Assembly: GCF_004010195.1 (NCBI RefSeq)
Contig: NC_057753.1
Location: 15,137,345-15,190,268, forward strand
Source: Chiloscyllium plagiosum
Lineage: Eukaryota
DNA length: 52,924 bases
Direction: 5' to 3'
Shown here: positions 46,801-52,924 of the stretch, piece by piece
Numbering within the stretch: position 1 is the first letter of the stretch
How the letters are laid out: every line of letters starts with the position of its first letter
Notes under the pieces: generated by a model
What the model was told of the DNA's origin: nothing
Database searches by the model: none
Seen by the model: only the letters and a program-made list of their open reading frames with translations
Translations under genes and position numbers: made by a program

Positions 46801-49800
46801 CTCATTCCATCCTCTGCGTGAAAAATTTGCCCCTTAGGTCTCTTTTATATCTTTCCCCTCTCACCTTAAACTTATGACCTCAAGTTCTGGACTCCCCCAT
46901 CCCTGAGAAAAGACTTTCTCTATTTACCCTATCCGTGCCCCCTCATGATTTTATAAACCTCTATAAGGTCACCCCTCAGCCTCCGACGCTCCAGGGAAAA
47001 CAGCCCCAGCGTCTTCAGCCTCGCCCTGTCGCTCAAATCCTCCAACCCTGTCAACAGCCTTGTAAATCTTTTCTGAACCCTTTCAAGTTTCACAACATCT
47101 TTCCGATAGGAAGGAGACCAGACTTGCACGCAATATTCCAACAGTGGCCCAACCAATGACCTGTACAGCCGCAACATGACCTCCCAAGTCACCGCAATAC
47201 AGGAAGAATGTGGAAGCTTTGGAAAGGGTTCAAAGGTGATTTACTAGAATGTTGCCTGATATGGAGGGAGGTTCTTACAAGAGGAGCTTGAGTGACTTGA
47301 GACTGTTTTTGATAGAGAGAAGAAGGTCGAGAGGTGAATTAATTGAGACATATAAGATAATCAGTCTGAGAACCGGTGGAAACTGAGAGCCTTTTTCCGA
47401 GGATGGTAATGGCCAGAATGAGAGTGCATAGCTTCACATTGAGGGAAGATAGATATAGGACAGATGTCAGATGTAAATTCTTTAATCAGAGAGTCGTCGG
47501 GGTGTAGAACACACTGCCTGCAATAGCTATGGACTCGCCAACTTAATGGGAATTTAAATGGTCATTGGATAGGCATATTGACGAGAATGAATAGTGTAGG
47601 TTAGATGGGCTTCAGGTTGGTTCCACAGGTCGGCACAACATCGAGGGCTGAAGATCCTGCACTGCACTGTGATGTTCTAGGTTCTATGGATCAAAGTTCA
47701 GAGTTCGCATGTTCTTGTGTTGATGAAAGTTAAGGAATCTGTGGATGACAAGAGACATTCTAAGTTTATTAAAAACAAAATGGTAACAGATGCAAGGTTT
47801 AGGAATGAAGCAAAGCCCTTGAAGAATATTCAGGAAACGTGAAATAACTTAAATAAAAATTAGGAGGGATAAAGGAGGACATTAAATGCCCTCGGTAAGG
47901 AGGATTAAGGAGAATCCCAAGGCATTTTATTCCTGTGTTGACAGCAAATGTGTATCTGGGGAAAGAGCAGGTCCATTCCAGAACAGAGTGGGGTGTTTAT
48001 CTGTGGAGCCTTAGGAAGTGGGTGGGGTCCTTAATGAATGCTTCACTTCAGTATTCACCAAGAAGAAGGACATGGATTATGGGAAGATTAGACAGGGTTT
48101 GGTTGATATAATGCTGATGGTTATTGAGTTGGGAGGTCATGTTGCGGCTATACAGGACATTTTTTCGGCTGTTTTTGGAAAACTGTGTGCAATTCTGGGC
48201 TCCCTCCAATTATGAAGGACGTTGCTAAACTTGGAAAGGTTCAGAAAAAAAGTTTACAAGGTTGTTGCCAATGTTAGAGAGAGGCTGAGGGGTGATGTTA
48301 TAGGGGTTTATAAAATCGTGAGGGGCATGGATGAGCTAAATAGAAAGGTTTTTTCCCTGGGGTGGGGGAGTCCAATCTAGAAAGTGTAGATTTAGGGTAT
48401 AAAATAAAAAGGTTTAAAAGGGACCTAAGGGGAGCAACATTTTCACACAGAGGGTAGTACGTGCATGGAATGAGCTGTCCGAGGAAGTGGTGGAGACAAA
48501 AAAAAACCCTGCATATCTGGAATCCAAAGTAGACAAGCTGGAGTCTGGAAGAACACAGAAAGCCAGGCAGTGTCAGGAGGTGGAGTGGTCAACGTTTCTA
48601 GTGCAACACTTCTGCAGGACTGGGAATGGAGGGAAGCGGAGCTGCAAATAAAGGGGGTGGGGTAGCGGGCAATGTGGTGAGGTGGGGATATAGGTGCACA
48701 CAGGTAGAGGGTACAACCTGGCTGGCCAATGGGAGGAATGTATCTGGTTGGTAGTTGGAAGGAAGTGTAGATCAGAGGAGTTTGAAGGAATTGAAGGAAA
48801 GAGAAGGGAGTTTATTTGAAATGGGAGAACTCAATGTTGAGTCCTGTAGGCTGTAAGACTGCCGAAGTGGAAGGTGAGGTGCTGTTCCTACAATATGTGG
48901 TCTGATTCGCTACGGCAATGGAGGAGACTGAGGATGGTCATATCAGAAAGAGAGTGGGAAGGGGAATTAAAATGGGCAGTGACTGGGAGGTCATGTCTGC
49001 CCCTGTAGGCTCGGCTGAAATGCTCGATGAAATGTCCCCTTAGTTTAGGTGGAGGCAGTGGCTGGTACAATGAGAGCATTTAAAAGGCATCAGGATGGGG
49101 ACATGAATAGGAAGGGTTTAGAGGGATGTGGGCCAATTTCTGGAAAATGCGACGAGATTAATTGAGGATATCTGGTTAGCACAGACGGTCTGTTTCCCTG
49201 CTGTGCATCTCTGATTCTGTGACTCCATGCCGATGTGTATTTCCATACGTGCATCTCTACTTTTCTGTGAGTGTGTCTGTGTGTCCATCTTTGGCTACAA
49301 TAAACACACATTGTCATGAAGGGAAATTTGAATGAATTAATTAATTCATTAACACGCGATGCCTCAAAGGCTCAGAGACTCTCTAATTCTCTTCCCCCAA
49401 CCTCCTGTGTTTAAAGTGGTGCCATGTTATCTTCTAGTGACCTCCTCACACCAGTACACAAGCAACAGATTTTTCTTTTTCAGAGTAAGTATAAAAGCCT
49501 ATGAATCTCTTTGGTTGCAATGTTGTTTCCTGCTTCAAGTAATGTCTTTGGAGACACACAGTAGTTTGGTCTGATCCATGTTGCCAATGAGATCTGGGCA
49601 GAGAGAGGAAAAAACGTATTGATCATCTGAGTTTTGAATTCTTTTCTCACTGAGAATCTGAGAGACTTGTTTGACAAAACTTTGCAGGTTGCAGAAAGTC
49701 CATTAAAATTCACCATGTTTGCTCCCAGAATGGTACATTCAGGGGCATCTGGATTCAGCTGCAAACAGCATTTCAGGTAGTCTGAGAGTCTATTTCATCA

Positions 49801-52188
49801 AGTGACGTCCCGAGGCAGACAATAATGTGAGAAGCCCCGCAATGGGGCACGGCAGCTCTGTGGTTTGCAAAATTCATTTCTCTGTGTGATTCAAAGGACA
49901 CAATGTTGGGGCGGGGTGTCACATTCTATTGGTCGGTCCCTCCATCAGTCAGCGGAGCTCTCTTTCACTATTGGTCCGTTGTGCCAAGGCCATCATCTTC
50001 GATTGATCAGGCCAGCCTTCGGTCAGCACGGATCGCCGTCCTGATTGGTGAGAGTAGCCGTCCATCAACGCGGTGTAGGCTCTCGATTGGTCAGACCCCT
50101 GATGAAGGGCTTGTGCCCGAAACGCCGTTTCTCCCGCCGTCAGTCTCGCCCCGCTCTCTGTCTATTGGTCAGGCGTTCCATCAGTCAAGACCGCTCACGC
50201 TAACCATTGGTCAGCCGCCACGTCAGTAACTCGAAATTCTCATGCTCTCAATTACCGGTCCTTGCTCTCTCACTATTGGTCAGCCGCAACGTCAGTCACG
50301 GCCCTCACATTTACTATTGGTAATAGCTGTTGCCAGTCACCGCCCCAATCCCTCACTATTGATATGGCCGATAGTAAGTCATCGCCCCTCACCCCGCTAC
50401 TGCTCAGGACTGTTGCCACTCACCCTCACTGAACCGCAGATGCTGGCGATTAGAGTCGAAGAGTGTGGTACCCGTAAAGCACAGCCGGTCAGGCAGCGTC
50501 CGAAGAGCAGGAGAATCGGCGTTGCGAGCGTAAGGTCTTCATCAGGAAACATGATTGGTCAGAGATGCTGTCAGTCAAGTGCCGCCCCCCTTACGATTGG
50601 TCATAGCTGTTGTCAGTCACCAGTCTTCTCCCTCACCGATGGTCAGAACGGGAGTCTGTCACCGCCCACAGCCTCACGATTGGTCAAAGCTAACGTCAGT
50701 CAACACCCGTCACCATTGGTCGGGAACTCACCAGTCACTCTCACTATCGGTCACCGCATTGTCAATTACTGTTGGGCGGGCTGCCGCCAATCAACGAGCC
50801 TCACCCTCCCCATTGGTCAGAGCTCTCCGGTCACCGCCCTTCACCCGCAGGTATTCGCAGTGCTGTTGTCAGTCCCCGCCCCTCACCCTCACCATTGCCC
50901 AGAGCTGGTGCCAGTCACCGCCGGGCCCCCTCGCTATTGGCTGGGGCCGATGTCAGTCACCGTTAGAGTAGGGCTGGAAATGCACAGCATCCCAGGAGCA
51001 GGAAAATCGACGTTTCAGGCAGAAGTCCTGCAGCAGGAATGCAGGCAGAGATAAATGTGAGGGAGGTGGGGTTGGGGAAGAAGGTAGCTGCGGGTGCAAT
51101 AGGTGAATGGAGGTGATACATCGGAGGGGAGGTTGGAGTGGATAGATGGGAAGGGAGATTGGCAGGTAGGACAGGTCAGGAGGATGGTGCTGAGCTGGAA
51201 GGTTGGAACTAGGGTAAGGTTGGGGGGGGGGGAGGCGGGGGGAAAGAAGGGGAAATGAGGAAACTGGAGAAGTCCACATTGATGCCCTGGGGTTGAAGCT
51301 TTCCGAGGCGGAAGATGAGGCGTTTTTCCTCCAGGCGTCGGTTGGCGAGGGAGCGGCAATGCAGGAGGCCCAGGATCTGCATGCCCTCCGCAGATTGGGA
51401 GGAGGAATCGAAATCGTCGGCCACGAGGCAGTGGGGTCGATTGGTGCGGGCGTCCCGGAGATGCTCGCTGAAGCGCTTCGCGAGTAGGCATCCAGAGAAG
51501 GTTCACCTGGCCGATCCCGGGGATGGAGGGACTGCCCGACGGGGGACGGTTCAAGTCAGTCGGGGCCTGTACTCGTCGGGAGCCAAGAAGAATGAGAGGC
51601 GAATGGATTGAAACAGAAAATTCTTGGGTTGGGGGTGACGTGGGATCTAGACAGGGATGACACGGAATGAGGCTGTTTCCCTTTCCCCCTCATGCGGGAG
51701 CGTCTGTGACCCAGAGGGACATCATCTCAGATGCAACTGCAGCCTTCACTTTACGAGGGGAGTGAATCTGTGGGATTCGTCAAGGGGAGAGAGAGAGAGA
51801 GAGAGCGCAAGTTAAAGAGAGGAAGAGGGATCAAGGGGAAAGGGCTGCAGTTTGGGGCATTGAGGTTATTCAAGGTTGAGTTAGAGAGAGAGACGGATGG
51901 GGATTCAGGGGGCAAGGGCAGGAGATTGGTAGTTGAGGAGGGTCAGATCAGTCAGAGCTGACTCAATAGGCTGCTGCTGGCTCCTAATGTCTCTGGGCTC
52001 TTCTGTAAAGAGATGAAATCCCCAGAGACTCGAATGAAGATCTAAAATTGTTTTAATTTATTATTACATTCGAGCAAATTTGGATTTCTCTTCAACGTTT
52101 CAGACAGAGCTTATGATACAATGAGCATACAGCGGTTAACATGATGGAGCCGGACAGAGACGGAGATTTGGTTACAGGATGAAGACAG
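43832..52188 (-). repeat. right arm of large inverted segmental duplication
   Basis: Starts at the gap edge with the reverse complement of 42374 leftwards and ends at gttacaggatgaagacag, the reverse complement of 33186-33203. Confidence 0.95.
49905..50965 (-). repeat. mirror copy of the CCAAT tandem array, three units shorter
   Basis: Repeated ATTGGTCA..GTCAGTCAC. It lacks a 78-bp and a 42-bp segment present in the left arm. Confidence 0.8.
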
Positions 52189-52261
52189 ACAGACAGCTGC
52201 GGGGTGCCAGAAGGTGGAGGCTTGGGTACACAACAGGCAGGAAGTGGAGGAGCCAAACAAC

Positions 52262-52600
52262 AAGACAGCGTCACCCTGGCAACACGCCAGCGTCACCCAG
52301 TGTCATCTCGGCGACAGGGCAGTGTCACCTCAGCAACAGGACGTCACCCCGGCAACAGGACAGTGTCACCCCAACAACAGCACAGCATCACCCAATGTCG
52401 TCCAAGCGACAGAACAGTGTCACCCAGGCAACAGTACAGCATCACCCAATGCTGTCCAGGCGACAGGACAGCATCACACAAGCAACAGGACAGTGTCACC
52501 CAGCGTCACCCTAGCAACAGGACGGTGTCATCCAGACGACAGGACAGTTGTCACCCAGCATCACCCTGGCAACAGGATAGTGTCATCTAGTGTAACCCCA
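52262..52600 (+). repeat. ~22-bp minisatellite (CAGTGTCACCCNRGCAACAGGA) containing RFX X-box consensus matches
   Basis: More than 12 variant units. GTCACC-N2-RGCAAC occurs at 52270, 52324, 52343, 52419 and 52505. Confidence 0.85.
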
Positions 52601-52924
52601 GCATTTTACAAAACTGGGACACTTGGAGTTTGTATAAATATGCAGAGACAGAGAGACACCACCACTTAGTGTGGGGAACACTAAGGAAAGGAACCCTCTC
52701 CCGCCTGGTGCAGCAATTATCCAGGACCCCGTAACCTCAGGGCACCACATATACCAGGAGAACCCTGTACCCCCACACACTCACCTCCAACAAGACCGAC
52801 AAGCGAGGGGGAGGGAGCAGCTTCGAGGGGAGAGGGGAGTCAGTTGTTGCGGGGGCTGGGGGGGAATGTCACAGTGTAGGAGAGGGGGCTATCATTTTGT
52901 AGCGGAGGGGGCTCAGTTTGAAGG

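Noticed and set aside
50242..51054. 270-aa ORF with repeated LTIGQ motifs (and the mirror ORFs 34447-35725)
   Set aside because: It is a translation of the CCAAT tandem array and Penelope LTR pieces, and the frame is not preserved between arms.
52179..52669. ORFs open in all three plus frames
   Set aside because: The minisatellite unit simply lacks stop codons; there is no coding signature.

Overview
Vertebrate, repeat-rich genomic DNA, most likely from a cartilaginous fish (inferred from HE1/V-SINE-type tRNA SINEs, abundant CR1-type LINE fragments and Penelope remnants). It contains four N gaps: 20097-20596, 27036-27815, 40123-40470 and 43332-43831. The only convincing protein-coding genes are two paralogous two-exon class A GPCRs of the shark 'GPR139-like' type, assembled head-to-head. 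Gene 1 is on the minus strand (11472-11340 joined to 8746-7860, 339 aa, intact). Gene 2 is on the plus strand (exon 1 mostly inside a gap and ending at 20610; exon 2 22268-23256) and has a late 1-nt frameshift that extends its C-tail. Their non-coding downstream flanks (~600-2440 and ~25700-26870) are also homologous in inverted orientation. The right third of the window is a younger inverted duplication with ~8-9 kb arms (33186-42374 vs 43832-52188) and arm-specific indels. One of these is a 223-bp palindromic Penelope-derived insertion with a 15-bp TSD and an intact minimal hammerhead-ribozyme core. Other notable structures: a CpG-rich CCAAT/TGACTGAC tandem array in both arms, an RFX X-box-like minisatellite at the duplication breakpoint, a LINE-ORF2-derived tandem array in the gene 2 intron, and a CR1 fragment flanked by a 265-bp direct duplication. 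All alignments were done by eye; repeat boundaries are approximate. Both inverted arrangements straddle 500-N gaps, so their orientation needs confirming.
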